From a virus (Duplodnaviria; Heunggongvirae; Uroviricota; Caudoviricetes): a stretch of DNA of 51,560 bases. The first letter of the stretch is position 1. Each line of letters starts with the position of its first letter. The notes beneath the pieces are model-generated. The model did no database searches. It was not told the DNA's origin and worked only from the letters and a program-made list of their open reading frames with translations. The stretch lies in IMG/VR virus record IMGVR_UViG_2537561778_000008; one strand, written 5' to 3'. This document shows positions 11,685-21,329 of this stretch, piece after piece. The translations under genes and the position numbers were made by a program.

Positions 11685-12314
11685 ATGAACATACCACCCA
11701 GGGCGACTAGGACTGTTTTTTGTGTCGGTAGCGGTCCGTCACTCACTCGTGAGGACTGTGCTGCTATAGAAAAAACTGGCTGTTCAATCATCGCGGTTAA
11801 CAATTCCTGGCAGATGTTCGATGACATTTATGCCTTATACGCCGGTGATTTGTCATGGTGGAAGCAATACGGATCCACCATACCGGGAGGGAAATTCCGC
11901 AAAGTGACAGCCAACCTGGCGGCGGCGAAATCATTTTCGTTGGAGTACAGGCGATATTGTGGACCGGCGGAAGGGGTAAATAGCGGCGCGCAGGCTATCA
12001 GTCTGGCTGCTGAATCAGGGGCTGAAGTAGTTGTATTAGTCGGCTATGACTGTTCTCTGCAAAACGGCCTTCATTGGCATGGCGCGCACCCTCAAGCCCT
12101 ACGGAATCCAACGCAGGTGTCTATTTCAAAATGGCAACAGCAGTTCCTGGATACCCGCAAAAAACACGCAGATTTACATATTTTGAATGCAAGTAGGAGC
12201 AGTGCAATTCAATGTTTCCCAAGAATAAATTTAGAGGCAGTGATCGCGTTATTATCGTCGGCAGTGGCCCAAGCGCCGCAAACTTTGTTGCGCCGCGCGG
12301 AGTGCCGATTATAG
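11685..12314 (+). CDS. Hypothetical protein with GSGPS...IIAVN Rossmann-like motif (paralog A); start uncertain
   Basis: ORF opens at 11652 overlapping the 11504-11710 ORF; ATG 11685 is the more plausible start; 3' end overlaps paralog B by about 100 nt. Confidence 0.4.
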   Translation: MNIPPRATRTVFCVGSGPSLTREDCAAIEKTGCSIIAVNNSWQMFDDIYALYAGDLSWWKQYGSTIPGGKFRKVTANLAAAKSFSLEYRRYCGPAEGVNSGAQAISLAAESGAEVVVLVGYDCSLQNGLHWHGAHPQALRNPTQVSISKWQQQFLDTRKKHADLHILNASRSSAIQCFPRINLEAVIALLSSAVAQAPQTLLRRAECRL

Positions 12315-12838
12315 CGGTCAATGGGGCCATCGACTGGCTGAACCGCGCTTCTTATTTTTTCACACTTGATCCATCGCTAGACAATATGCGGCGCGTTGGT
12401 CGTGGCCGCCGTCGCCGTGGTGTTTGTTATTGCATGGCACTACCCGATGTTAAAGAACGTGAAGTCAGAGACGGCGTTCTGTGCTTCCGTCGTGTGGCTG
12501 AACGTGGCATGGAGCCAAAAAATACGAATTCTCCCGAGTGGTGGGCGTGGCGCTGGTCCGCACATTTCGGACTTTGCGAAGATGAGAATGAAATTGCCAG
12601 CGGCAATAGTGCATATGGCGCTCTGAACCTGGCTTTCCATATCGGATTCAAACATGTCGCCCTGGTGGGCGTTGACGCTACACAAGAACCACGCGTTCAC
12701 TCCGGCGGCACGCCAAAAAATCTAAGTCACCTGCCTTTGTTATTCCAGTCTGCGCGTGAACAGATTGACGTTGTTTCATGCGGGAAAATGGGAGGCATTC
12801 CGCAGATGACTCTTAAAGAATGGCTGAAGAATACATGA
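12212..12838 (+). CDS. Hypothetical protein with GSGPS...IIAVN Rossmann-like motif (paralog B)
   Basis: Shares VGSGPS, IIAVN, NS-G/A...L-LA, LVG-D motifs with paralog A; family resembles DUF115/MptE-like by recollection. Confidence 0.45.
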   Translation: MFPKNKFRGSDRVIIVGSGPSAANFVAPRGVPIIAVNGAIDWLNRASYFFTLDPSLDNMRRVGRGRRRRGVCYCMALPDVKEREVRDGVLCFRRVAERGMEPKNTNSPEWWAWRWSAHFGLCEDENEIASGNSAYGALNLAFHIGFKHVALVGVDATQEPRVHSGGTPKNLSHLPLLFQSAREQIDVVSCGKMGGIPQMTLKEWLKNT

Positions 12839-13512
12839 TGGCACCCACAATTTATCACCGTATCGACGGTACCAAATACAGGAATGTCTGGGTTGTTGGT
12901 GATCTGCATGGTTGCTACACCAGACTGATGTCCGAACTCCATCGTGTGGATTTTGACCCGGCGCAGGATTTACTGATATCGGTCGGCGACCTTATCGATC
13001 GCGGTACTGAAAATGTCGAATGTCTGGAACTATTGCAGATGCCCTGGTTCAGGGCAGTGATGGGGAACCATGAGCGGCTGATGATTGATGCGTTAAGTCC
13101 AGATGGCAACGTGAATAACTGGCTAATGAATGGCGGACAATGGTTCTTCATGCTGGACACTGATCAGGAAATATTAGCCTGGGCGCTGGTGGAGCTGGTA
13201 AAGCGTCTGCCCTATATCATTGAGTTGAACACCGGGCAAGAAACTATCGTTATAGCCCATGCCGACTATCCGGATAATGAATACCAATTCGGTAAGGAGG
13301 TGCCGCTTTTCAACGTTGTCTGGGCGCGCGAGCGTATCAGTGATTCGATGGATGATATTGGTGGCGAAATTTCGGGCGCAGATCGTTTTATCTTTGGTCA
13401 CACTCCGGTGAAAAGCCCGAAGACATTCTGGAATCAGCATTATATCGACACTGGTGCCGTATTTTGCGGAAACCTGACATTGATGAAAGTGAAAGGTGAT
13501 GGTGCAGCATGA
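12838..13512 (+). CDS. ppp: Ser/Thr protein phosphatase, lambda-PPase-like metallophosphoesterase (P1 Ppp position)
   Basis: GDLHG, GDLIDRG, GNHE motifs; N-terminus aligns with lambda phosphatase from Met at 12838 (ORF opens at 12820). Confidence 0.75.
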   Translation: MAPTIYHRIDGTKYRNVWVVGDLHGCYTRLMSELHRVDFDPAQDLLISVGDLIDRGTENVECLELLQMPWFRAVMGNHERLMIDALSPDGNVNNWLMNGGQWFFMLDTDQEILAWALVELVKRLPYIIELNTGQETIVIAHADYPDNEYQFGKEVPLFNVVWARERISDSMDDIGGEISGADRFIFGHTPVKSPKTFWNQHYIDTGAVFCGNLTLMKVKGDGAA

Positions 13513-14210
13513 AGATTGCTTTAGTTCTTCGCTCTGGTGGCGACTATAACGCTTCCGATGTGCAGTGGCTGGTTAATCAACTGCCAAAAGGCTATGAGAT
13601 TATTTGCCTGACAGATCTGAAGCGTTTACATGTGCCTGGCGTCAAAGTTGTCCCATTGATCAACCAGTGGCAAAAGTGCCGTGGCTGGTGGGCGAAAATC
13701 GAGTTGTTCCGACCGGATATAACCGATGATCTGTTCTATCTGGATTTGGACACAGTTATTGCCGGTGATATACGCCCAATCCTTGAGAATCCACCAACCA
13801 GCTTCACCATGCTTAGGGATTTTTACCATCCACAATATCGTGGTAGCGGTGCCCTGTGGATACCAAATAGTGTAAAAGCACATATCTGGAGTTCATTCTG
13901 GCAAGATCCGGAAGGTTGGATTTCTCGTTGTGTCACTACTGAGTGCTGGGGTGATCAGGGGTTCTTACGGAAGGTTATGGGCGATGATACACCAGCATTT
14001 CAGGATCTGTATCCAGGATGGTTTGTAAGTTACAAGGCCGATGTTGTGGAACCTGGTTCAAAATATGCGAGCGCGCGTTACTCCAGGGGGAATGGGACAT
14101 TACCAAAGGACTGCCGAATAATCTTTTTCCACGGCAAACCGCGGCCTCGCGAAGTGTCAGAGGATTGGCTTCCCCTCACTAGCTCGTTTTTTGAGCGAGA
14201 ATCAGAATAA
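13509..14210 (+). CDS. Hypothetical protein with DxD motif, possibly GT-A-like nucleotide-sugar transferase
   Basis: 233 aa; [11 protein letters not shown]; start overlaps ppp stop (ATGA). Weak assignment. Confidence 0.35.
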   Translation: MKIALVLRSGGDYNASDVQWLVNQLPKGYEIICLTDLKRLHVPGVKVVPLINQWQKCRGWWAKIELFRPDITDDLFYLDLDTVIAGDIRPILENPPTSFTMLRDFYHPQYRGSGALWIPNSVKAHIWSSFWQDPEGWISRCVTTECWGDQGFLRKVMGDDTPAFQDLYPGWFVSYKADVVEPGSKYASARYSRGNGTLPKDCRIIFFHGKPRPREVSEDWLPLTSSFFERESE

Positions 14211-14211
14211 T

Positions 14212-14228
14212 ATTGCTCTAATAATTCC
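14212..14228 (+). promoter_or_regulatory. C1 operator-like site (ATTGCTCTAATAATTCC)
   Basis: 13/17 contiguous match to consensus; begins 2 nt after the upstream stop. Confidence 0.45.
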
Positions 14229-14260
14229 ATATTTTTAAAGCGTGATGTACACTCATCACA

Positions 14261-14277
14261 TTTTTTATTAGAGCAAT
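14261..14277 (-). promoter_or_regulatory. C1 operator-like site, inverted orientation (ATTGCTCTAATAAAAAA)
   Basis: Forms a convergent operator pair with 14212-14228 around an AT-rich promoter-like spacer. Confidence 0.45.
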
Positions 14278-14291
14278 CTATAAGGTGCACT

Positions 14292-14510
14292 ATGTGGCCA
14301 TTCCGACGGAAATATCACTACTGGCTGATCGCCTTTGTTACGCCGACCGGCGGTATCAGGCATGTAATCACCAGGTATCGCAACAAGAGACTCACCTTAG
14401 CCAGAATTTTACAGGCTGCCATAGGTGAGGGACTGGATACAAATTGCGTAGTCCTTCCACCTTCATACTTAGGAAAAATGACCGAAGCACAAGCTAATAC
14501 GGAACTTTGA
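14292..14510 (+). CDS. Possible small protein (72 aa)
   Basis: ATG start downstream of the operator pair; stop 1 nt before next ATG; no motif. Confidence 0.25.
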   Translation: MWPFRRKYHYWLIAFVTPTGGIRHVITRYRNKRLTLARILQAAIGEGLDTNCVVLPPSYLGKMTEAQANTEL

Positions 14511-14511
14511 A

Positions 14512-15774
14512 ATGAGCACTTCAGCACAAAACCAATCAATCGAAAATGTATCTATCCCTGACGTCCTGAATGCCGGTATCCCAGCCATTATCCAGAACAT
14601 CCGGGCCGCGCAACGCCGCGTTAGTTGTGATGACCTCACAGCGCGTTTTTTTGATAATGCGGTTCTGTCAGCGGAGATGCTTCACGCACAGCTTATTGAT
14701 GTTTATAACGCAGAAGCTGATAGCCATAACTCCCTGGTAGATGCAGCTGAAAATATGCAGTTGGATCTCGGTCTGAAGGGTAAAGAAATTGAAGAGCTTC
14801 AGCTACAAATTGAACATTTGAAACGCCAGCAACAGGACGCGATCGACGATGCGACGCATGACGCCAACCAGCGTGCTGATAATGCCGAACGTATAAGCAT
14901 TGAGCTGGAAACAAAACTCAATGAAATGACCGCGATGGTTGAACTGCGGAACTCACAGATTTCAACGCTAAAATCTCAATATAAAGAGATCATGAAACTT
15001 GATCCTTTTAACCTTGAGAAACGCTATAACAAAGCTAAAAGCGAGCGACAGGAACTGCGTAAGCAGGTCGCCGACCTTAACCAACAGCTCAAAAAAACTA
15101 TTAAAGATGCAAGCGAAGCGCGCGTGGCATTTGCTAATAAAAAAGCAGAGGTTACCGCGCTGGTTAATGAGAATGCCAAATTTGCGACGCTCAAGAAGGA
15201 AATGTATGGCATTACTGAGCGCCGTTTCCCTGCAAGCAAACTTCATCCGACGTTAGGGCAAATCTCCTTCTTCCCGCGCCTCCTGGCTTATGGGATCTCA
15301 TCGCCTAAAGAGTTCAATAACGAGCGTCCTTATATCGTTTCTAAGCTGGACTTTGCTTATCAGTTCTGCTGCGACATGGGCTATGCCATTGATATCCGAA
15401 TCAACGAATGGTTGATGCCAAACTTCCAGCCGCTGGCCATTTTCCGCGAGTTCCAGCCGGAAGGTTGGGTAGAGTTCTTCCATGAATTGATCTGTAAAGA
15501 GATGGAAAGCCGCCGCCCGGAACTGGTCCGCCGTGTCGAGTGGGCGCAAGAGGTTATGTTGGCAGATGCAGAGCTGCCGTTCGAACCGGAATTTATTGAT
15601 GATCTGGCAGCTAAAGGGCTGCATACCCTGTTTGATGTGGTTACCCGCCGTCATGAGCAGTTGGTTGTCGAATTGGGTTTAGAGGAAACAGCGGCAAGAA
15701 GGCTTCTCGATGTTTGCTATGCACGTAGCGATGCATGGGAAAAAGAGAACGGCGGCACTATTTACGTTCGCTGA
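14512..15774 (+). CDS. Hypothetical protein with long N-terminal coiled coil (420 aa)
   Basis: Heptad-rich Q/E/K region (residues about 60-230) followed by a globular C-terminal domain. Confidence 0.5.
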   Translation: MSTSAQNQSIENVSIPDVLNAGIPAIIQNIRAAQRRVSCDDLTARFFDNAVLSAEMLHAQLIDVYNAEADSHNSLVDAAENMQLDLGLKGKEIEELQLQIEHLKRQQQDAIDDATHDANQRADNAERISIELETKLNEMTAMVELRNSQISTLKSQYKEIMKLDPFNLEKRYNKAKSERQELRKQVADLNQQLKKTIKDASEARVAFANKKAEVTALVNENAKFATLKKEMYGITERRFPASKLHPTLGQISFFPRLLAYGISSPKEFNNERPYIVSKLDFAYQFCCDMGYAIDIRINEWLMPNFQPLAIFREFQPEGWVEFFHELICKEMESRRPELVRRVEWAQEVMLADAELPFEPEFIDDLAAKGLHTLFDVVTRRHEQLVVELGLEETAARRLLDVCYARSDAWEKENGGTIYVR

Positions 15775-15846
15775 CAGTTACAGTGTCACTTTTAATGCTG
15801 GTGGAGTGCGCCCACCAGCATTTTTTTCGTCCAATGAGGAGGGCAT

Positions 15847-16353
15847 TTGAGTATTTTCAATAAACACGCACACCAGGAACGTCCGTATATCGTCATAGTT
15901 GATATTGATGGAACAATATCAGAGGCAACTGAAGACAGACTGCATTTACTTCCGCCACCAGGTAAAGGTGCATTAACAAAGGACTGGAACGAGTTTAATC
16001 TCGCCTGTGACACCGATACTCCCATCACTCCAGTTATTGATATGGTGCGCCAGTTATTTAACGTTTACACGGTCTGGTTTGTAACCGGGCGCTGTGAGAT
16101 CGCAAGGGATAAAACACGAGCCTGGCTGCGGAAGTACGTAACAAACGGGGCTGAGCCTTTGCTATCTATGCGTCCTGCCACCGATGACAGAAATGACGGC
16201 CCAGCAAAGATTGATCTCCTTAAGAAAATTGGTCTAAGTAAAATCGCGTTCGCGCTGGAAGATAAGATTGAAGTGGCGCGTGTTTTCAGGAGGCACGGCG
16301 TGCTTACGTTAATGGTCAGGGAGTATGAAAATGCGCTTCTTCATCAACAATGA
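15847..16353 (+). CDS. HAD-superfamily phosphatase-like protein
   Basis: DxDGT motif (IVIVDIDGTIS); TTG start with GAGGAGGG SD; stop overlaps C1 operator. Confidence 0.45.
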   Translation: MSIFNKHAHQERPYIVIVDIDGTISEATEDRLHLLPPPGKGALTKDWNEFNLACDTDTPITPVIDMVRQLFNVYTVWFVTGRCEIARDKTRAWLRKYVTNGAEPLLSMRPATDDRNDGPAKIDLLKKIGLSKIAFALEDKIEVARVFRRHGVLTLMVREYENALLHQQ

Positions 16354-16369
16354 TTGCTCTAATAAATCT
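16353..16369 (+). promoter_or_regulatory. C1 operator-like site (ATTGCTCTAATAAATCT)
   Basis: 16/17 match to consensus. Confidence 0.5.
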
Positions 16370-16402
16370 TGATTTTTAAAACAGAGAAAGTGAAAATAAA
16401 AA

Positions 16403-16423
16403 CATGCCGCAAGGCGCGGCATG
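16403..16423. other. GC-rich hairpin CATGCCGC-AAGGC-GCGGCATG flanked by an A-tract
   Basis: 8-bp perfect stem; A-rich upstream gives a U-tract on the minus strand (terminator-like for antisense transcription). Confidence 0.35.
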
Positions 16424-16451
16424 TATCCAATCAATCACAGGAGCTGAAAAT

Positions 16452-16538
16452 ATGAACACGGCATTCAAAATCATTATGGCCGCGATCTATTTCTGGCTGT
16501 TCTCTATCACTTTTGGCGGCATCGTCGCACATGGGTAA
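16452..16538 (+). CDS. Candidate hydrophobic micro-protein (28 aa, MNTAFKIIMAAIYFWLFSITFGGIVAHG)
   Basis: AGGAG SD 8 nt upstream; single TM-like segment; stop 9 nt before next gene. Confidence 0.3.
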   Translation: MNTAFKIIMAAIYFWLFSITFGGIVAHG

Positions 16539-16547
16539 GGGGGATGC

Positions 16548-17135
16548 ATGAAAGGCGAAGTGAAAGAGCGCGGCATGATTTTCAACGATGAGATGGTCCG
16601 GGCAATTCTTGGCGGGAATAAAACACAGACTCGCAGGATTGTTGAAGAAAAATTCTATGGACGGGCAGTGGCCGCAGAGTTGCTTGCCAAGCATTGTCCA
16701 TATGGTCAACCGGGCGATCGTATTTGGGTTCGCGAAACCTACCGGGTACATGGCAAAGCGACGGACGTCGCAACGCTGGTTTATCGCGCAAGCGTGCGTA
16801 ACTCCTGGACAGAACAAACGCACCGGGTTCCGGTCGAGGTTTGTAATAAACCAGTATCAGAAAAGTGGACGCCATCAATTCACATGCCGCGCTGGGCATC
16901 GCGCATTCTTCTGGAAATTACCAACGTGCGCGTTGAGCGGTTGAACGATATCAGCGAATGCGATGCAAGGGCTGAGGGCGCACCAACAGAATCGACCCTC
17001 ATTGGCGATAAGCATTACCCAGGTTTCCGTAGCCTATGGAAATCAATTTATGGCGAAGATAGTTGGAACGCTAATCCTTGGGTGTGGGTAATAGAGTTTG
17101 AGCGTATTCAGGGGGCAACCAGTGAGCGAAATTAA
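16548..17135 (+). CDS. Hypothetical phage protein (195 aa), possibly ASCH-like
   Basis: ATG start; intact ORF; family guess from memory only. Confidence 0.4.
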   Translation: MKGEVKERGMIFNDEMVRAILGGNKTQTRRIVEEKFYGRAVAAELLAKHCPYGQPGDRIWVRETYRVHGKATDVATLVYRASVRNSWTEQTHRVPVEVCNKPVSEKWTPSIHMPRWASRILLEITNVRVERLNDISECDARAEGAPTESTLIGDKHYPGFRSLWKSIYGEDSWNANPWVWVIEFERIQGATSERN

Positions 17136-17754
17136 TTACCAGGCACTGCGTGAGGCGGCGGAACGTGCAATTCCAGCAATGGAACGCCTGTTAATGTTGC
17201 CAGCTGATGATGATTTGTTAAGTGAACAGGAACTTAAAGATTACGGTGTGGATATTGATGCGCTCAACGCCTTCAAATTTCTGGCCGGACCAGAAACCGT
17301 GCTGGCACTACTGGATGAACGGGAAAGAAACCAGCAATACATCAAACGCCGTGACCAGGAGAACGAGGATATTGCGCTAACGGTAGGGAAGCTGCGCGTT
17401 GAGCTTGAAGCAGCAAAATCAAAACTCAACGAGCAGCGTGAATATTACGAGGGAGTAATCGCGGATGGAAGTAAGCGCATTGCAGAACTGGAAGCACGGG
17501 AAATAAAACCAGCCAAAGGTGAGGTTCTTGTCGTTGTTTCTGGTTTTACTGGTTGCGGAAAAAGCGCCATTGCCGGGGAAATAGAAATCGCGATGAAGGC
17601 TATTGGTGTACCGGTTCAGTGGACTAATGGCGATGCGGAAAAGCGCATGACAGGAGCTGACTGGCTGACAGCGATTGAGATGTACAAACCAACAGTGCGC
17701 ATCATGGAAGTTAATGTGCCACGCGCCGCTGGCATTCGCATCAAAGGAGAGTGA
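17122..17754 (+). CDS. P-loop NTPase/kinase-like protein with N-terminal coiled coil
   Basis: Walker A-like GFTGCGKS; ORF opens at TTG 17098; GTG 17122 with GGGGG SD is the likelier start. Confidence 0.4.
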   Translation: MSEINYQALREAAERAIPAMERLLMLPADDDLLSEQELKDYGVDIDALNAFKFLAGPETVLALLDERERNQQYIKRRDQENEDIALTVGKLRVELEAAKSKLNEQREYYEGVIADGSKRIAELEAREIKPAKGEVLVVVSGFTGCGKSAIAGEIEIAMKAIGVPVQWTNGDAEKRMTGADWLTAIEMYKPTVRIMEVNVPRAAGIRIKGE

Positions 17755-17755
17755 T

Positions 17756-18271
17756 ATGGCGTTAACACACCGCGAACTCTGTCAGATTGCGTACAAGTTC
17801 CTTAAGCGCAACGGGTTCAAGGTTTGTTTTCATGACCGCTTTATAGCTGTAACCAGTACCGGAGAACAGCCAGATGCTATGGGATTCAGAAATTCAGCAT
17901 CATGCCTGATAGAGGCGAAGTGTTCTCGTGCTGACTTGTTGGCAGATAGAAAAAAGCGTTTCCGTAAAAATCCCTCACTTGGCATGGGCGACTGGCGATT
18001 CTTTATTAGTGAGCCGGGAATTATTTCAGTTGAGGATTTACCTCCCGGCTGGGGATTACTTCACGTTGTTAACGGAAGAGTACGGAAAGTACATGGATGG
18101 CCCAAGGGGAATTGCTGTTGGGGTAACCCTGAAGATAAACCTTTTATTGGGAATAAGCAGGTTGAATGCGATTACATGTTATCTGCATTAAGGCGCATGG
18201 AGTTGAGAGGGCACCTTAATGAAATATATGACGGTGTAATTGTTAATAAGAAAGAAGGAAACGCGGCATGA
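17756..18271 (+). CDS. PD-(D/E)xK nuclease-fold protein (hypothetical)
   Basis: ATG 17756 with AAAGGAGAG SD; DAMGF...IEAKCSRADL fits D...E-x-K. Confidence 0.4.
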   Translation: MALTHRELCQIAYKFLKRNGFKVCFHDRFIAVTSTGEQPDAMGFRNSASCLIEAKCSRADLLADRKKRFRKNPSLGMGDWRFFISEPGIISVEDLPPGWGLLHVVNGRVRKVHGWPKGNCCWGNPEDKPFIGNKQVECDYMLSALRRMELRGHLNEIYDGVIVNKKEGNAA

Positions 18272-18984
18272 TCACTATTACCAAAGAGCGACTACTTACA
18301 ATCAAGCAGTGGCGCGAAACATACGGACCGGGTAGCAACGTTGTACTGCCAGCAGAAGAAGCAGAAGAACTGGCACGAATTGCGCTGGCATCGCTGGAAG
18401 CAGATCCAGTTGCTTATATTTTCAAACATCCGGCCGGGAAATTATTCTGGTCTTTAACGGATGAAAGCAATAAAGAGCAAGCGGACGTTATTCCTGTTTA
18501 TGCTGCCGCGCCTGCGTCGGTTGTGCCGGATAATGCATCAGAGCCTCTTGCTTATGCTTACAAAGAGCTTACGCCTGAGATTATGCGCAACCATTTAGCT
18601 GTATTCGAGCGATATGGAATAGCCCCAAACGATAGCTCTACCACAATTCAGGCACTGCGAATCGCGCTGGATGGCATAGAGCGGAGCGACGCCATGCTTC
18701 ATGGTGCCGAACCTGTAAGCCAAACTTACAAGTTGAACCAGCTATCGGGCAACTCTCCGGCAACTCCGGATGGTTGGATAAGCTGTAGTGAGCGAATGCC
18801 GAATACCAAAACAGCCGTTCTTGTTGCCGTGGAGTTTGACAGGAAAGGTGACTGGCGAATGAAATGGGCTACTTACATCCCCGGGCATCCTGACGCTAAT
18901 GATGGGTGGATAATTCCTGGTGCGTCGTGGAAACCGTCACACTGGATGCCGCTACCAGAACCGCCGCAGGAGGTGAATCAATGA
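18268..18984 (+). CDS. Hypothetical phage protein (238 aa), DUF551-like C-terminus
   Basis: ATG overlaps upstream stop; tryptophan-rich C-terminal region. Confidence 0.4.
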   Translation: MITITKERLLTIKQWRETYGPGSNVVLPAEEAEELARIALASLEADPVAYIFKHPAGKLFWSLTDESNKEQADVIPVYAAAPASVVPDNASEPLAYAYKELTPEIMRNHLAVFERYGIAPNDSSTTIQALRIALDGIERSDAMLHGAEPVSQTYKLNQLSGNSPATPDGWISCSERMPNTKTAVLVAVEFDRKGDWRMKWATYIPGHPDANDGWIIPGASWKPSHWMPLPEPPQEVNQ

Positions 18985-19064
18985 GCTGGCCTGAAGCATT
19001 CACCACGGTAGGAATTGTGATGGCGGCAGCACTGGGTTTGTATTCAATTTGTCGCTGGTGGTAA
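18981..19064 (+). CDS. Candidate hydrophobic micro-protein (27 aa)
   Basis: ATG overlaps upstream stop (ATGA); MSWPEAFTTVGIVMAAALGLYSICRWW. Confidence 0.25.
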   Translation: MSWPEAFTTVGIVMAAALGLYSICRWW

Positions 19065-19066
19065 CG

Positions 19067-19300
19067 ATGGGAAAAATAACTTTTGTAGTCGAATTTGAGG
19101 ATGGCAAAGAGCCACCTGTTAGCGCCAATCTTGATGTTGCTGGTGGCAGGCTGGTTTCGGTTCTATTTGGTGATTACCGCGACGACTTCTTTCAGCCTGA
19201 AGAAGTTGATGTAGTGCGAGAAGCATTAAACGAGCTAAGTGTTGATAACGATGATGCTCATGCGGAAATCATCAAAAAAATGGAACTGCTAACTCACTAA
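19067..19300 (+). CDS. Small acidic hypothetical protein (77 aa)
   Basis: ORF opens at TTG 19049; ATG 19067 follows a GGTGGT SD. Confidence 0.4.
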   Translation: MGKITFVVEFEDGKEPPVSANLDVAGGRLVSVLFGDYRDDFFQPEEVDVVREALNELSVDNDDAHAEIIKKMELLTH

Positions 19301-19348
19301 ATTATCAATTATGGTGCTATCACCTACGACACCGAGAGAAAATTTATA

Positions 19349-19471
19349 ATGTCAAAAGTAAATGTTTTGATTTTTTCAGCAATTGTTGGCTTTGGTTTTA
19401 CTGCCGGAGTGCAGATTTATATTGCGTGGGAAAAAATCATCAACTACGCATGGAGTTGTTTTATTAAGTGA
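19349..19471 (+). CDS. Candidate hydrophobic micro-protein (40 aa)
   Basis: MSKVNVLIFSAIVGFGFTAGVQIYIAWEKIINYAWSCFIK; AT-rich; immediately precedes next gene. Confidence 0.3.
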   Translation: MSKVNVLIFSAIVGFGFTAGVQIYIAWEKIINYAWSCFIK

Positions 19472-19478
19472 GGTAAGT

Positions 19479-19772
19479 ATGTGGAGAGGTAATAGTCATG
19501 GCAAAAGCCAGATGATACTTACCGAATATAAGCTAGACCACAAAACCAATAAATCACGCTCAGTATATTTGCTCCGGCACAATAGCCGCGTAAGAAATAC
19601 CGTGCTGGAACAAAATCTGACAGTTGAAATGGATAATTACGGTGGATTCAAGCCAACAATTTCGCTTGATGATTTTCCTCGTGGTTTAAGCGAAAGAGAA
19701 GCAATGCTGAAATTAGCAGAATGGCTACAAAGATTAAGCATTGCTATTGAAGATAACTGGTCTGAACCTTAA
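19479..19772 (+). CDS. Hypothetical protein (97 aa), AT-rich
   Basis: ATG 19479 in frame with TTG-initiated ORF 19383-19772. Confidence 0.4.
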   Translation: MWRGNSHGKSQMILTEYKLDHKTNKSRSVYLLRHNSRVRNTVLEQNLTVEMDNYGGFKPTISLDDFPRGLSEREAMLKLAEWLQRLSIAIEDNWSEP

Positions 19773-19778
19773 ATTTAT

Positions 19779-20105
19779 ATGATGACACTAAAACATTTTC
19801 TTGACCGCCCATTATGGGCGGCAGCCGCAGGCTATGACTTTAATTATATGGATTGCATGTCTTATACTGCCAATGCATACGACCATTCGTTCAGCCTGCT
19901 GTTTAATTCTTTAAGAATATTGCCGGAAACAGAAGTTGGAGAGCTTCATTTATGGATATTGGGCTTTATCGCGGCTGTCGTTGGTATTGCTGTATGGCCT
20001 TTTATTTTCTGGCTGGTGGCTGTTGTAGTGTGGTTTAAGTGCAAGACATACCGGAGAAAGTATTTCTTAGGTGATGGAATGACCGATATTGCCAAAATGA
20101 ACTAA
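19779..20105 (+). CDS. Hypothetical membrane protein (108 aa)
   Basis: Two hydrophobic segments (LHLWILGFIAAVVGIAVWPFIFWLVAVVVWF). Confidence 0.45.
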   Translation: MMTLKHFLDRPLWAAAAGYDFNYMDCMSYTANAYDHSFSLLFNSLRILPETEVGELHLWILGFIAAVVGIAVWPFIFWLVAVVVWFKCKTYRRKYFLGDGMTDIAKMN

Positions 20106-20120
20106 GGAATGTGAAAAGAA

Positions 20121-20780
20121 ATGGCGCAAAAAGAAATGACTACTCTAACGACAGCATACTTACAGCAATTGGTATTTTTTGCAGGCGAGGCTACTTGTCA
20201 TCCTGACGCAAACTATTTATTGGAATTTGAGAGGTTAGCGTCACCCGGTATCGTTCTGGAACTGGCCCAACAGGTGCTGGCCTTGAGACAAAAAGAGCAA
20301 CATGAAAGTAATACGTGTAGATTGAATTTTGAGCAGTGGCTGGAACAGCAACGCGGAAAAATCGATGTGGACTGTGGTTGTGTGTCCACTGAAACATTCA
20401 TGCACTGGCTGCGGGTAGCTTACGAGGCTGGCAACTATCCGGATATTCCGGATAGTTCGGTGCCAGCGCCAGGAAAGGGCGTCACCGGTGAACGTATCCG
20501 CATTAAGCCGCATGTTTATCGCGAACTGGTTAACCGTCTCCACGATACAGCGATCAAGTGTGCTGGCACCCAGCAATTACGAGAAAGAATTAGCCGTGTT
20601 TTGGGCGACGTTATTACGCCATATCATCATAAACAAGCCGAGAAAAGCGGTCTGGAAAGGTGTCATCTTGAGGCAGCATTAAACATTAAGCCGGGGCATA
20701 CGCTTGGCATTATTGATGCACTGTTGGTTCATAAGATGGCCAGGGCTTTATTGCCGCTGGTAGGGGGCAATGACAACTAG
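20121..20780 (+). CDS. Hypothetical protein (219 aa)
   Basis: ATG start, intact ORF, no motif recognised. Confidence 0.45.
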   Translation: MAQKEMTTLTTAYLQQLVFFAGEATCHPDANYLLEFERLASPGIVLELAQQVLALRQKEQHESNTCRLNFEQWLEQQRGKIDVDCGCVSTETFMHWLRVAYEAGNYPDIPDSSVPAPGKGVTGERIRIKPHVYRELVNRLHDTAIKCAGTQQLRERISRVLGDVITPYHHKQAEKSGLERCHLEAALNIKPGHTLGIIDALLVHKMARALLPLVGGNDN

Positions 20781-20864
20781 GAAAAAATCGCATTACTGGT
20801 GGCAAAGCCATAACTACTGATACAATATTTCTAGGTTAAAGATCTGGCATTAGGTAGAGATAGC

Positions 20865-21329
20865 ATGTTTCTTCATATCAATCCCGATTGGGCATCAGCT
20901 ATTGCGGCATTTGGGTCAGCAATAGCTGCTTTTATTAGTTTGCGCACAAGTAAAAATCTTGGATTATTCGATAAGGAAAAATTTTATAGTGAAGCATTGA
21001 TAAACTTTGCTGATAGGGCAAATAAAATAGCAACAGGAAAAGCTGGATCAGACTGGGATGTTAATGACGCAAGTAATATAATTCTTTCACTAAATGCCGC
21101 AAAAGAAACTATTGAAAGTGCGCCAAAACCTATTCGAGAGAAACTAAAACAATATTACAAACATAATCTTTGCCATGAGATCATAACTGAATTAGAGGCT
21201 CACTCTCCCCCAGATTCAGTAATTGTAAGAGAACCATCAGAGTATGAAGGCAAGATCATGGGATTGTGGGATGAGATTAAAATATTTCTGGGTTATACAG
21301 TGGTATCAGAAGCAGACCTTGAAGATTAA
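20865..21329 (+). CDS. Hypothetical protein (154 aa), AT-rich, N-terminal hydrophobic segment
   Basis: Lower GC than flanks; no UmuD-like motif (no S-x-K dyad or GDSM). Confidence 0.45.
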   Translation: MFLHINPDWASAIAAFGSAIAAFISLRTSKNLGLFDKEKFYSEALINFADRANKIATGKAGSDWDVNDASNIILSLNAAKETIESAPKPIREKLKQYYKHNLCHEIITELEAHSPPDSVIVREPSEYEGKIMGLWDEIKIFLGYTVVSEADLED

